Part shown: positions 39,594 through 53,357 of the stretch, piece after piece
Numbering within the stretch: the first letter of the stretch is position 1
How the letters are laid out: each line of letters starts with the position of its first letter
From: Eledone cirrhosa
Taxonomy: Eukaryota
DNA: 64,000 nucleotides
Assembly (NCBI GenBank): GCA_964016885.1
Contig: OZ024763.1
Span: 17,484,001-17,548,000, forward strand
Direction: 5' to 3'
Made by a program: the position numbers and the translations under genes
Notes under the pieces: generated by a model
The model's database searches: none
The model's input: the letters and a program-made list of their open reading frames with translations, nothing else
What the model was told of the DNA's origin: nothing

Positions 39594-40216
39594 TACTAAA
39601 GGGTTAAAATGGGAGATTTTATTTCTTAGAACCAGAGCTGGTTTTGGCCAGATGTGTAACTAAAGGGTTAACCCAGAATTCTCTCACCTCTTTCTGTTCA
39701 AACCAGCCATAATCAGATGCCCATACTGATGTTAAGGTATTGTTCTCAAAATAAATAATATCAAAATCTCATAGATTTGATATTATGTGAGATAAAGTGC
39801 TTACTATGAAAATACAATAATAAATATAGAGTAATGTAAATACTAAAGGGTTAAAATGGGAGCCTTTATTTCTTAGAACTAGAGCCAATGTTGGCCAGGT
39901 TGGTAACTAAAGAGTTAACCCTTTAGCATTTAAACCGGCCATATCTTTCTCTTATAGCCGGCAATAACCATCCACTCATACTGATGTTAACCCTTTAGCA
40001 TTCACATTACTCTATATATACTATTATATTTTCATGGTAAAGGCTTTACGTCGCATAATTTATCTCAGATAATATCGAATCTATGAGATTTTGAAAGTAT
40101 TTATGTTGAGATACAATACCTTAACATCAGTTTGAGCGACCAGTTACAGCCAGTTTCAACAGAGAGAAGTAGAGAATTCTGGCCGGTTTTGGCCGGTTTG
40201 AATACTAAAGGGTTAA
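39594..40216. mobile_element. Nested piggyBac-like MITE cluster
   Basis: Multiple aaagggTTAA / TTAAcccttt junctions. Confidence 0.75.
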
Positions 40217-40239
40217 GGTATTGGTATCAAAATAAATAA

Positions 40240-40745
40240 TTGTTTCTAATTTTTGACACAAGGCCAGCAATCACCCAGTACATTACTGGTACTTTATTTT
40301 ATCGACCCCGTAAGGATGAAAGGCAAAGTTAACCTTGGCGGGATTTAAACTCAGAATGGCAAGGGCCGTAACTCTATGCGTCAAAGCATGGCATCCGACC
40401 CTCTACCGATACTGCCAATTCACTGCCCTAACATGGCATCAGACCCTCTACCGATACTGCTAATTCACCGCCCTAACATGGCATCAGACCCTCTACCGAT
40501 ACTGCCAATTCACCCCCCTAACATGGCATCAGACCCTCTACCGATACTGCCAATTCACCCCCCTAACATGGCATCCGACCCTCTACCGATACTGCCAATT
40601 CACCCCCCTAACATGGCATCCGACCCTCTACCGATACTGCCAATTCACCCCCCTAACATGGCATCTGACCCTCTACCGATACTGCCAATTCACCGCCCTA
40701 ACATGGCATCAGACCGTCTACCGATACTGCTAATTCACCGCCCTT
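40240..40745 (-). mobile_element. SINE-2 with its 5' head amplified as ~8 x 45-bp units
   Basis: catggcatcagaccctctaccgatactgccaattcaccgccctaa repeats. Confidence 0.85.
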
Positions 40746-41000
40746 ATCAAAATAAATAATATCAAAATCTCATAGATTTGATTTTATGTGAGTCAAAGAG
40801 TTTACCGTGAAAATACAATAATAAATATAGAGTAATGTAAATACTAAAGGGTTAAAATGGGTGCCTTTATTTCTTAAACTAGGGGCCAATTTTGGCCAGG
40901 TTTGTAACTAAAGGGTTAATGGGGTTTCTTTATCCAGTGGACATCATGTGTGTTTCTTGTACAACAGCAATACCAGACTTTCTACGATATAGTTTTATAT

Positions 41001-41347
41001 ATGGAGGCGCATGGCTTAGTGGTTAGAGCATTGGCCTTGCAATCGAAAGGTTGTGAGTTCAATTTTCAGACCGGATGATGTGTTGTTTCCTTGAGCAAGA
41101 CACTTTATTTCACATTGCTCCAGTTTACTCAGCTGTAGAAATGAGATGATAGGGACTGGGGTCCCTATCATTCCACTGCAAAGTGGTCGTGGAGGTACCA
41201 CGGCAAAAAAGCACCCAGCACTCACTGTAAATGAGGTTGGTGTTAGGAAGGGCATCCAGCTGTAGAAACCAAGCCAGAATCAGTTCCTGTCCCACCCTTG
41301 CAAGCAGGGAAAAGCGGACGTAAAATGAAATGATGATGATGAAATGA
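41001..41347 (+). mobile_element. SINE-1
   Basis: Full-length copy. Confidence 0.9.
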
Positions 41348-41547
41348 TTGCTTGCTATGCTCTGATGTCGTTAATCGACAGTTTGTTCGTTAGTACATTG
41401 TGTACAAAGCTACGATGATTATCAGAAGCTCGTACTTATTTACTTATAACGACTGTTTCACACTAACGAGAGCTGTTGTGTTTTATGTCACCAACCATTG
41501 ATTTAATCAAGACATCAGGGATATATATAGCAGCATCTGTCTCTCAT

Positions 41548-41615
41548 GTTACTACTACTACTACTACTGGTGCTGCTACTATTACTACTACTACTGCTAC
41601 TACTACTGCTACTGT

Positions 41616-41652
<37 letters not shown>

Positions 41653-41726
41653 GATGCTACTACTGTTACTACTACTACTACTACTACTACTGTTGCTGCT
41701 ACTATTACTACTACTACTGCTACTGT

Positions 41727-41760
<34 letters not shown>

Positions 41761-41836
41761 GTTACTACTACTACTACTACTACTATGCTACTACTACTGT
41801 TATTACTACTACTACTGTTACTACTACTGCTACTGT

Positions 41837-41894
<58 letters not shown>

Positions 41895-42098
41895 GCTGCT
41901 GCTACTACTACTACTACTACTATTACTACTGTTACTACTGCATATACTACTACTACTACTGTTACTACTACTACTACTACTACTACTACTGTTGCTACTA
42001 AAAATACTACTACTACTGCTACTACAGCTGTTGCTACTATTACTATTACACCACCACCACCATCATCACCATCACCATCACTATTACCACTACCACTA
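41548..42098. repeat. (TAC)n
   Basis: Direct reading. Confidence 0.95.
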
Positions 42099-42268
42099 GT
42101 ATTAATTAGTTGTATGTAGAGGGTATGTGAGTTGGTGGAGGGATCAGTCAGAGTGCAGGTGGTGCTACCTGGAGTTTTATTTCATTTCTTCTTTAACACC
42201 ACATGAAATATTTATTTTAGAAAGTCAGCTGTAGAGACATGTATCAACTTGAACTGTGTATGTGTGTA

Positions 42269-42314
<46 letters not shown>

Positions 42315-42530
42315 AGTGTATATATATATATGAAGGTGAATGTATGTTTATATATGTATATATATGAAGGGTTTATGTTTATATATGTGTATGTGTGTAT
42401 ATATATATATATATATGTGTGTGTGAGTGTATATATGTATATATGAAGGTGTATGTATGTGTATATATGTATATATATGAAGGGTTTATGTTTATATATG
42501 TGTATGTGTGTGTGTATATATATATATATA

Positions 42531-42590
<60 letters not shown>

Positions 42591-42996
42591 TTCCGGCATG
42601 GACGACTCATCTAACACACGAAAGCATAGAAAAATGGACACTAAACGGTGATGATAATATATATATACACACACACACACACATATGTGTGTATTTATAC
42701 ATACATATATATATATATTTATAGAAATATATACAGTTATGTAATAAACAACATAAGGTAATTATTTCATTTACCAGTGGTTTCTTGAAAGCAAACAAAA
42801 TTTGCTTTCAATCATCAGAATGAAAACATCCTGGTGTATTTATTGACATTGGATTTTAAAAACAAAAATATAATCTATATGAAAGTGAGGCTGGAAAAGG
42901 AAGAAGGAAAGGAAAAATAAACACACATGCACACACATATACATACACACACATATATACATACACATATATATATACATATATACATACATATAT

Positions 42997-43528
42997 ATCA
43001 TCATCATCATCATCATTTTACGTCCGCTTTTCCCTGCTTGCAAGGGTGGGACGGGTCTTATTCAGAACAGCATCTCTCCACTCGTCACAGTCCCTCGTCA
43101 TCTCCACCGTGAGCTTCAATGATCTGAGGTCTGCTCTCACCACCTCCGCCGATGTTTTTCGTGGTCTACCTCTACCATGTCTTCCTTCAACTGGCAATTC
43201 CTGGCACTTCTTCACCCATCGGTCATCCTCCATGCGCATCACATGTCCATACCACCTCAGTCTCCTCTCCCGTACACTACATTCTATCCCTCTCAGACAC
43301 AGTTTCTCTCTCAACACATTTATGCTGGGTCGTTCACGCACATTTACACTGCACATCCAACGGAGCATGCTTGCCTCATTTCTCTCCAGCCGTCGCATAT
43401 CCTCTGCAGTTGCTGCCCATGTCTCACTACCATGCAGCATCGCGCTCCTCACACAGGCATCATACAACCGGCCGTTCGTACGCAGGGAGAAACCCTTCTT
43501 CGTCAACAGAGGAAGCAGCTCCCTAAAC

Positions 43529-43530
<2 letters not shown>
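42997..43530 (-). mobile_element. RTE LINE 3' fragment, putative partner of SINE-1
   Basis: GRLYDACVRSAMLHGSETW..RRLRWYGHVMRM..GRGRPRKT; 3' end identical to the SINE-1 tail. Confidence 0.92.
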
Positions 43531-43589
<59 letters not shown>

Positions 43590-43684
43590 TACATAAACAT
43601 ATACATACACGTACAAATGCACATACATATACATACATACACACATATATATCCACATATCCATACATACACACAAATACACAA

Positions 43685-43717
<33 letters not shown>

Positions 43718-43920
43718 AGTTAAAGCAATGAAATAAAAAATCAAGTCATTAGATATATACTTCACTGCTTTACGATCGTTTCTAGGTGATGATAATACAT
43801 TGTATCTATACTCCGTTATTGATCTATGTAAGTTTAGTTACAAAATATCAGATAAAGAGAATATTTACTTACATGCATATCACCAGCTGTTTTCAAAAGC
43901 AATAATAATTTTATTCAGAA
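43718..43920 (-). mobile_element. Penelope-like remnant with degenerate hammerhead (43764-43903)
   Basis: attgctt-TTGAAAA-long stem-GAAACGATCGTA-aagcagt. Confidence 0.55.
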
Positions 43921-44801
43921 CTAGCAGTAAAGCCCGGCGTTGCTCGGGGTCGCTCAGTAGCTGTGTTAAAGTTACAATGTTAAGTTTCTTTTTTGGCTTA
44001 AAGTCTGTCTGCACGACTGTCTGTCTGCACGCCTAACGAAATTTACAGATACATATATTTTAAATAAACTTATATAATTTTTGCTTTTTTTTACGAAATA
44101 TTTGCTTGTTTTACGTAGTCTTTAAATAGACTTGTTTTCAAGTAAAAATATTGTTTTAAAAGGCTTTTAAATGGAAATGAAGCAAAACGGAAGCTTAGTG
44201 TTCGAACTGATGAATTTTGCAGGTCAAAATTTTGCTGGCACGACAACTGTTCGTGTATTGTGTTAATGTCATTTTAAACGCTGAGAAAGCCAGCGTAATT
44301 TTTTTAATTTTTGCACGCAGAAAATGTAAACAGAACGTAAGACGCTCAATGTAAACAGAACAAAGGGAAATAACTCGTCACTTACGCTCAAAAATCGATA
44401 CATTAGATTCGATTTCGTCACATAGGGTGGGTCAATTTGAAATATTCTTTTTCCGATGTCTTCGCTAGGGCTCAATGTACAAGTATAGCAATTTCGGTGC
44501 AATTCCGTCAGAGATTCTAAGAGGAGATGTGTGCCAAAAATCGATAGACAGACAGACAACCACAGCTTTATATATATAGAACAAAGGGAAATAACTCGTC
44601 ACTTACGCTCAAAAATCGATACATTAGATTCGATTTCGTCACATAGGGTGGGTCAATTTGAAATTTTTTTTTTCCGATATCTTCGCTAGGGCTCAATGTA
44701 CAAGTATAGCAATTTCGGTGCAATTCCGTGAGAGATTCTAAGAGGAGATGTGTGCCAAAAATCGATAGACAGACAGACAACCACAGCTTTATATATATAG
44801 A
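43921..44801 (-). mobile_element. Non-autonomous Helitron with a tandemly duplicated ~220-bp 5' end
   Basis: A|TCTATATATATAAAG start at 44801 (repeated at 44580); cccgagcaacgccggg hairpin; CTAG|T. Confidence 0.8.
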
Positions 44802-45133
44802 TTAATAGTATGTTAGTATCATGTCCTTGTTTGGAGGTTGTTGAAGAACTAACGTTTTTTTCATGTTTTTTTTCATATGGTGTTAAGATGAAAAGTAATA
44901 CACTTTAGTTGAGGTCATGACCCTTTGAAAGGAATGGTTGTATGGTGCTAGACCCCACAACTTACTGTGGATACCTCTGTGTGTATATATATATATATAT
45001 AAATGAAAAGTATAATATATATATATAAGTGTATATATGAAGATGTATGTATGTTTGTATATCTGTAGATGTGTGTATGTATATATAAATATGTGTGTGT
45101 ATATATATGTATCTATGTGTGTATGTGTGTGTG

Positions 45134-45232
<99 letters not shown>

Positions 45233-45530
45233 GTATGTATAAATACACGTGTGCGTCATCACTGTTTAGTGTCCATTTTTCTATGCTTTCATGTGTTAGA
45301 TGGACCGTCCATGCCAGGAGACAAGTTTGGCCAGAGTTTGGCCATGCTGCAGCTTGCTCCGGTGTGGACTGTAAATTTGGCCGGAGGTTTTACAGCTGGA
45401 TGCTCTTCCTAACACTAACCACATTTACAGTGTGGGGCTGGATGGCTTTGTTATGAGGAGGGACAGGCCAGTTGGCCATGCGAAACCCCTCTCACAGCAG
45501 AACCATAGTTTTGGAGCCTGACCCATCCCT

Positions 45531-45990
45531 CTAGGGTGGGTAAAATTCCCGACACCCATGGACGAGTTCTCTCCAGCGGTCTCTGTCCCTCATTATCGCT
45601 GTCATGTCCTGCGTCTCCAACAGACCAGTGTCTGTCCTTAGGGCATCAACATATGTTAACCTTGGACTTCCTCTTCCAGTGTGTCCATGTAGGGGCTCCC
45701 ACAGGAGCACTGAGGTCAGTGTCAACTCTGGATGTCGGTGAGCATGTCCAGCTAACCTTAGTCTCCTCTGAGTCACTTTTGAGCTGACTTTTGGGAGGCT
45801 CCCATACAGCTCTGAGTTTTTCATCCTCAGTGTATACTGATTAATGTTCAGAGCCATCCTCAGCATTCTCGTGTAGCACCCATCCACCATCTGAGTGAGT
45901 TTCTTGTTCAGTGTCCAAGTCTCAGACCCGTACAGCAGCACAGACTCCACTACAGCAATGAAGAGGCGGATCTGCAGGTCTTTACGACCC
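45531..45990 (-). mobile_element. RTE-group LINE 3' fragment, distinct family
   Basis: LFIAVVESVLLYGSETWTL..RRLRLAGH..GRGSPRLTY. Confidence 0.85.
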
Positions 45991-46361
45991 ATGTATTTAT
46001 TTATTTATGTATGTATCATATGTCATCATCATCATGTATGTAGATGTAGATGTATGTATCTCATCATCATATATATATAAATAACATGTAACCCAGTACA
46101 ACCTGTGCATGGTCGAGTTGTCGGCAACTAAACCAGCAACCCCACCAAGCTTGCTTGATGAGGAGGGTGGGGGTGAATTTTGACACTCTGCAGAATGAAA
46201 AACAAAACCCATCAAAGAGCGGAGGAACTGAGCAGAATCAATGGCCATCCAATAAAGTTTTTTTCATTTTTCCCTGGAGCAAGAGACCCCCTAGTCTTCA
46301 TTAAAACATCTCACTAGAAGGTCACTCTGATATAAAACCTGCGACTTTGTCTGCATCCAAT

Positions 46362-46684
46362 GATGGAGGCACATGGCTAATCGAAAGGTTGTGAGTTCAA
46401 TTCTCAGACCGGGTGATGTGTTGTTTCCTTGAGCAAGACACTTTATTTCACATTGCTCCAGTTAACTCAGCTGTAGAAATGAGATGATAGGGACTGGGGT
46501 CCCTATCATTCCACTGCAAAGTGGTCGTGGAGGTGCCACGGCAAAAAAGCACCCAGCACTCACTGTAAATGAGGTTGATGTTAGGAAGGGCATCCAGCTG
46601 TAGAAATCAAGCCAGAATCAGTTCCCGTCCCACCCTTGCAAGCAGGGAAAAAGTGGACGTAAAATGATGATGATGATGATGATG
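46362..46684 (+). mobile_element. SINE-1 with a deletion in the head
   Basis: Homology. Confidence 0.85.
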
Positions 46685-47480
46685 TAGACCAGTTCTTCCT
46701 TTTGGGGCAAATGCATTCGATGTTCAGTGACTGGGATTGGCTCCGTGCTAAACCTTTCATCACTTAAAAAAGCTTCAAGCACAGGCATCGCTTGATATGT
46801 GACATTTTTTGCGATGCATGGCATTACCGGCCACAGGCAAGTCCCTAGCAGGACTAAAACGCCACATCCGTGATACTTAAGTATCATGTGATGGGGTTAC
46901 TTGAAATCAAGTTGTAGCCATCATATATATGTGTGTGTGTGTGTGTGTATATATATGTGTGTGTGTGTGTGTGTATATATATATGTGTGTGTGTGTATAT
47001 ATATTTGTGTGTGTGTGTGTATATATGTGTGTGTATATATATATGTGTGTGTGTATATATATGTGTGTGTGTGTGTATATATATATGTGTGTGTGTATAT
47101 AATGTGTGTGTATATATATATATATATGTGTGTGTGTATGTATATATATATATGTGTATGTGCGTGTATATATATATGTGAGTGTGTGTGTGTGTGTATG
47201 TATCATCATCATCCGTTAACGTCCATCTTCTACGCTAGCATGGGTTAGATGATTTTGTTCCATTTGATGCGGGAGTGGTTGGGAGGCCATGTCTTGCTCG
47301 TACGGACGTGCCTCTGGCAGTTTTTTTTTTACAGCTGGATGCCCTTCCTAACATCAACTATATTTACAGTGAAGACTGGGAGCCTTTTTACTGTGTATAT
47401 ATATAATCATAGAGCATATATATAATCATAGAGCACTCTTTTTTCCTTCGGAATTACCTAACACACACATATATATATAT

Positions 47481-47685
47481 AACGAAGGAAGTGTGGTAAG
47501 GAACCAGATGGACCATAACGCACTACAGTACTCAATACTTAGAGTAGTAGAGTGGGTAATAGGAAAATGTTTAACCCCGACGGCAGAGCTCAAGCTGTTT
47601 CGACTGCTATTTCTGAACTATTTCTGGACCAGAAACAGCCGTCGAAACGGCTTGAGCTCTGCCGTCGGGGTTAAACATTTTTCTA
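47481..47685. repeat. Repeat family ending in a ~50-bp-arm palindrome (47563-47681)
   Basis: aaaatgtttaaccccgacggcagagctcaagc / gcttgagctctgccgtcggggttaaacatttt. Confidence 0.8.
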
Positions 47686-47770
47686 TATATATAAACCAAC
47701 CAAACAGTGAGTGTGTTCTGTTATTTATTCTGGCAATATTACACAAATATGACCCTCCCCAAGTATAACA

Positions 47771-47804
<34 letters not shown>

Positions 47805-48021
47805 GTATATATATAGTATTAAGGATACTATTTATGGTTATGCAAATACAAAAACCTTTTGTAGTTATATATATTTTTACAAACCCTAAATAGTGATAGG
47901 CAGTAATATATTACTACCTTATTACCAGTAAGATAAATAGCTCAATGTAATAACATCAGGTGATTTACAGAGCAGTTATATATAAGTTATAAGAATCAAA
48001 GAACTGTTCAAAACATTTTTA

Positions 48022-48068
48022 TGCTTACAACTGTTTCCTCCAAACCGAGGTTTGGATTCTTCGGAGCA
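48022..48068 (-). ncRNA. Hammerhead-like motif
   Basis: tgct-CCGAAGA-a-TCCAAACctcgGTTTGGA-g-GAAACAGTTGTA-agca. Confidence 0.6.
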
Positions 48069-48129
48069 ATTTATTAATGAATGAACACTTATATGACCTC
48101 CTTTTCAACCCAAGAGACATATATATATA

Positions 48130-49050
48130 TATGTAAAAGTTCTATTTAAATTGTTGGGATACAACAAGCAAATATTTTTATAACTGATTTAAAGCACTCA
48201 ACAAATTATTGGAGTAAAAATACGATATATTAACAAATGGAAACTATATTTATAAAACCATATTTATTTCATTATACATATTTCAAGGACACCAAGTTAA
48301 ATTATGGTGTGCTTTCATCAGATAAAATATTATATAGAGCAGTTTTATAAATAAATATTGATATACCCTTAAAGAATGCGACCATTTCTGTTGGAAGCTC
48401 CCGGGTAGTGGGGTTATAAATTTATTTATACTATTATGTAAATTAGTTTCGCATATTTTTAAATCAGAGTAGATTTAAATAAGTCGTTGGGTTATGGAGA
48501 AAGAGAGAGAGAGAAAAAAGAGAGAGAAAAAAAAAGAGAGAGAAAAAAAGAGAAACAAGAGCAAACTCTAAGAGGAAAATAACCCAACGGCTTATTTAAA
48601 TCTACTCTGATTTTAAAATATCCGAAACTAATTTATATAATTGTATAAATAAAGATATAACCCCACTACCCGGGAGCTTCCAACAGAAATGGTACGATAT
48701 TAACAAATGGAAACTATATTTATAAAACCATATTTATTTCATTATACATATTTCAAGGACACCAAGTTAAATTATGGTGTGCTTTCATCAGATTAAATAT
48801 AATATAGAGCAGTTTTATAAATAAATATTGACATACCCTTAAAGAATGCAATCATTACTGTTGGAAGCTCCCAGACAGTAATGGTTGCATTCTTTAAGGG
48901 TATGTCAATATTTATTTATAAAACTGCTCTATAATATATTTTATTTGATGAAAGCACACCATAATTTAACTTGGTGTCCTTGAAATATGTATAATGAAAT
49001 AAATATGGTTTTATAAATATAGTTTCCATTTGTTAATATATCGTATTTTT
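48130..49050. mobile_element. Four alternating-orientation segments of one Penelope-like family with three hammerhead copies
   Basis: Inverted pairs 48381-48495/48579-48693 and 48693-48860/48875-49046; attttat-CTGATGA-aagcacacc..ggtgtcctt-GAAATATGTATA-atgaaat. Confidence 0.75.
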
Positions 49051-49109
49051 ATATATAGGAAAATGTTTAACCCCGACGGCAGAGTTGAAGCAGTTTCGAC
49101 GGCTATTTA

Positions 49110-49176
<67 letters not shown>

Positions 49177-49180
<4 letters not shown>

Positions 49181-49515
49181 AAGTACCCGACCTCCCATGG
49201 GTACAAGCTGAAGCATATAGACAATATGCCCCCACACCCCCCCACCGCAAGGTGGTCGTGGAGGTACCACGGCAGAAAAGCCCCCAGCCCACACTGTAAA
49301 GTAGACGTGTAGGCGCCACGGGAAAAAAAGCACCCAGCACTCACTGTAAATGAGGTTGGTGTTAGGAAGGGCATCCAGCTGTAGAAATCAAGCCAGATCA
49401 GTTCCTGCATGAGCAAGGCATGGTCAGCCGACCAGACACTGCCCACAACAGGACAACCCGTCTAACCCATGCTAGCGTGGAAGAACGGACGTAAAACGGT
49501 GATGATGATGATGAT
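49177..49515 (+). mobile_element. SINE-1 long variant
   Basis: Homology to 38535-39505. Confidence 0.8.
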
Positions 49516-49902
49516 ATACGTAGACACTCACTCACACGTATGAATCAAAATTTGGTCAATGGAAACTTTCCATTCGGACCTGCTACGTCCAGTCCAGTGT
49601 AGGAGATGAGGTCATTGGTAGACAGCGGTAAAAAAAAAAAATGATCAATTGGAAGCCATATTTTATTAGGAACCTGAGAAGAAGAGGAAGGGTTGAGCAT
49701 TCAGTCTTTAGTCTGGTCTTAAGTAGGACAGTTTGGGAATTTCGAAATGCATGAAATTTGTATGTGTGTCAGTAGGTAATAGAATTAGATTATTGGATGG
49801 CATCGACATCTTAGGATCATTGTATTGTAATTATAGGAATTTATTATAGCATGCCATAAGGGAAATAATGACTCCATTTCTATATATGTGTCTCTATGTG
49901 TT

Positions 49903-49949
<47 letters not shown>

Positions 49950-50103
49950 CTCTGTGTGTGTATATATTATATATACATGTATATATATATATATAATGCT
50001 GTGTGTGTATATGTATATATATGTGTATGTGTGTGCATGTATATATTTATATATATATATAGGTATGTGTGTATATGTATATATGTGTGTATGTGTGTGC
50101 ATG

Positions 50104-50135
<32 letters not shown>

Positions 50136-51311
50136 CACAGAGGGAGATAGGGAGAAAGAGAGAATGTTTATGTTTATAAGCATACATATGTAAACACTCA
50201 TACGCACACACAAACACATATAGACACGCGTGCACACACACAGACACAGATACACACACACACAAACACATATAGACACACGTGCACACACACACACATA
50301 CACACACACATACACACACACACACATACACACACACACACACACACACAGTAGTAAGTAGAGCTCTCAATTCAGAGGGTGAGTAAGGTATAGAGGTAGC
50401 AAAGCAAGCACGAGGACATGTGTTTCCCTGAACCTATTTGCAACTTGTGTATAAATCCTTGCTTCCTCCTATTATTGAGGACCTGAAAGTGAAGGAGTGA
50501 GTGTGTGTGTGTATATATGTACATATGTATATACATATGTATATACATATGTATATACAAAGGGCGGAAGAACTCAAAAGAGTCAACAGCCATCCAAAAG
50601 TGTGTAAATAGGTATACACACATGTACATGTGTATGTATATGTATATGTGTATGTACATGTGTATGTATATGTATATGTGTATATACATGTGTGCATGTG
50701 TATGTATATGTATATGTCTATATACATGTGTGCATGTGTATGTATATGTGCGAGGAGATAGAAATAATCGGGCTGGATACCCGATTGTGCGGTGTGAAGG
50801 ACCCCTGGGAGTGAAGGACCCCTAGTCTTTGTCAGGGCATTCTTCTAGGAGAAGGCAACTCAGGAAACTGGGATAACTCTGATATAAAACCTGCGGCTCA
50901 GTAGTTACCGATGATGTTGGTCTTTTCTTCTTTTCGGGTTATAGCTACTGTCGCTCAGAGAGTGGGATTGGCTCAGGGCACAGTCTTTCCTCACTTTAAA
51001 AAGAATCTTCACGCACAGGCATTGCACGATAGAATTAATTAATAATTATTAATAATGGTATATCATGCAATGGCCATACTCGATAACGAGGGGGCAGCCA
51101 TCATGTATGTATATATGTTTGTGTGACTACAGTTGTGTTTCAACAAAAAGATACATTTAAAATAAGTTTGGGTAGAGAGAGAAGGGTTTGCGGTGGAGAC
51201 AACATGATTGCTTGAAATCCTCTTCCCCATCCCTTAAACTGGCCATATCCAGTCAGAAATCTCTCACCTCTTTCTGTTCAAACCGACCATAACTGGCTGC
51301 TTGTACTTACG

Positions 51312-52321
51312 TTAACCCTTTAGCATTCACATTACTCTATATATACTATTGTATTTTCATGGTAAAGGCTTTACCTTACATAATATCTCACATAATATTC
51401 ACATTACTCTATATATACTATTGTATTTTCATGGTAAAGGCTTTACCTTACATAATATCTCACATAACATTCACATTACTCTATATATACTATTGTATTT
51501 TCATGGTAAAGGCTTTACCTTACATAATATCTCACGTAACATTTACATTACTCTATATATACTATTATATGTTCATGGTAAAGGCTTTACCTCACATAAT
51601 ATCTCACATAACATTCACATTACTCTATATATACTATTATATTTTCATGGTAAAGGCTTTACCTCACATAATATCTCACATAATATTCACATTACTCTAC
51701 ATATACTATTGTATTTTCATGGTAAAGGCTTTACCTCACATAATATCTCACATAACATTTACATTACTCTATATATACTATTATATTTTCACAGTAAAGG
51801 CGTTACCTCACATAATATCTCACATAACATTTACATTACTCTATATATACTATTGTATTTTCATGGTAAAGGCTTTATCTCACATAATATCATACATAAT
51901 ATTCACATTACTCTATATATACTATTATATTTTCATGGTAAAGGCTTTACCTTACATAATTATCTCACATAACATTCACATTACTCTATATATACTATTG
52001 TATTTTCATGGTAAAGGCTTTATCTCACATAATATCATACATAATATTCACATTACTCTATATATACTATTATATTTTCATGGTAAAGGCTTTACCTCAC
52101 ATAATATCTCACATAACATTCACATTACTCTATATATACTATTATATTTTCATGGTAAAGGCTTTATCTCACATAATTATCTCACATAATATCGAATCTA
52201 TGAGATTTTGCAAGTATTATTTTGAGAACAATACCTTAACATCAGTTTGAGCGACCAGTTACAGCCAGTCTCAACAGAAAAAGGTAGAGAATTTTGGCCA
52301 GTTTGATCATTAAAGGGTTAA
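51312..52321 (-). mobile_element. piggyBac-like MITE with ~12 tandem 72-bp internal units
   Basis: TTAAccctttagcatt left end, aaagggTTAA right end, period 72. Confidence 0.85.
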
Positions 52322-52341
52322 GATATTTTCTCAAACGAAAT

Positions 52342-52522
52342 AATTGTTTCTAATTTTGGCACAAGGCCAGCAATTATCCCAGTACATTACTGGTACTTTA
52401 TTTTATCGACCCCGTAAAAGATAAAAGGCAAAGTTAACCTCGGCGGGATTTGAACTCAGAACGTAAAGGGCCATAACTCTATGCTGCAAAGTGTGGTGTC
52501 TGATGCTCTACCGATACTGCCA
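52342..52522 (-). mobile_element. SINE-2
   Basis: Homology. Confidence 0.85.
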
Positions 52523-52969
52523 CAATCTACCCTTCTCAAAATAATCTCAAAATGTTATAAATATGATATTATGTGAGATAATTATGTGATATAAAGTCTT
52601 TACCGTGAAAATACAAAAGTAAATATGCTAAAGGGTTAAACCTGTCATATCCGGCCACCAGAATACTCTCACTTCTTTCTGTTCAAACCGGCTGTAACTG
52701 GCTGCTCATACTGATGTTAAGGTATTGTTCTCAAAATAAATAATATCAAAATCTCGTAGATATGATATTATGTGAGATATTTATGTGAAATAAAGTGTTT
52801 ACGATTAAAACACAATAGTACAGTTGTCTCCCCCCCCCCCCCGGTATTCACAGGGTTACACCCCTGGAGCACCCACGAGGAGTGAAAATCTGCCAATATT
52901 GGACGTGGTTCATAAAAATACCTATAAACATCTTATGCAAAGGGGCGTCTAATAGGCCGGCAAATATGG

Positions 52970-53340
52970 TATCATCATCATCATCATCATCACCGTTTTA
53001 CGTCCGTTCTTCCACGCTAGCATGGGTTAGACGGGTTGTCCTGTTGTGGGCAGTGTCCGGTCGGCTGATCTTGTCTTGCTCATACGGGAACTGATTCTGG
53101 CTTGATTTCTACAGCTGGATGCCCTTCCTAACACCAACCTCATTTACAGTGAGTGCTGGGTGCTTTTTTTCCATGGCGTCTTCACGTCCTCTTTACACTG
53201 TGGACTGGGTGCTTTTTTTCTCCGTGGTGCCTACCCGTCCACTTTACAGTGAGTGCTGGGTGCTTTTTTGCCGTGGCACCTTCACGACCACCTTGCAGTG
53301 GGGTGGGTGGGGGGAGGCATATTTTCTATATGCTTCAGCT
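52970..53340 (-). mobile_element. SINE-1 long variant
   Basis: Homology. Confidence 0.8.
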
Positions 53341-53357
53341 TTTATATATATATATAT

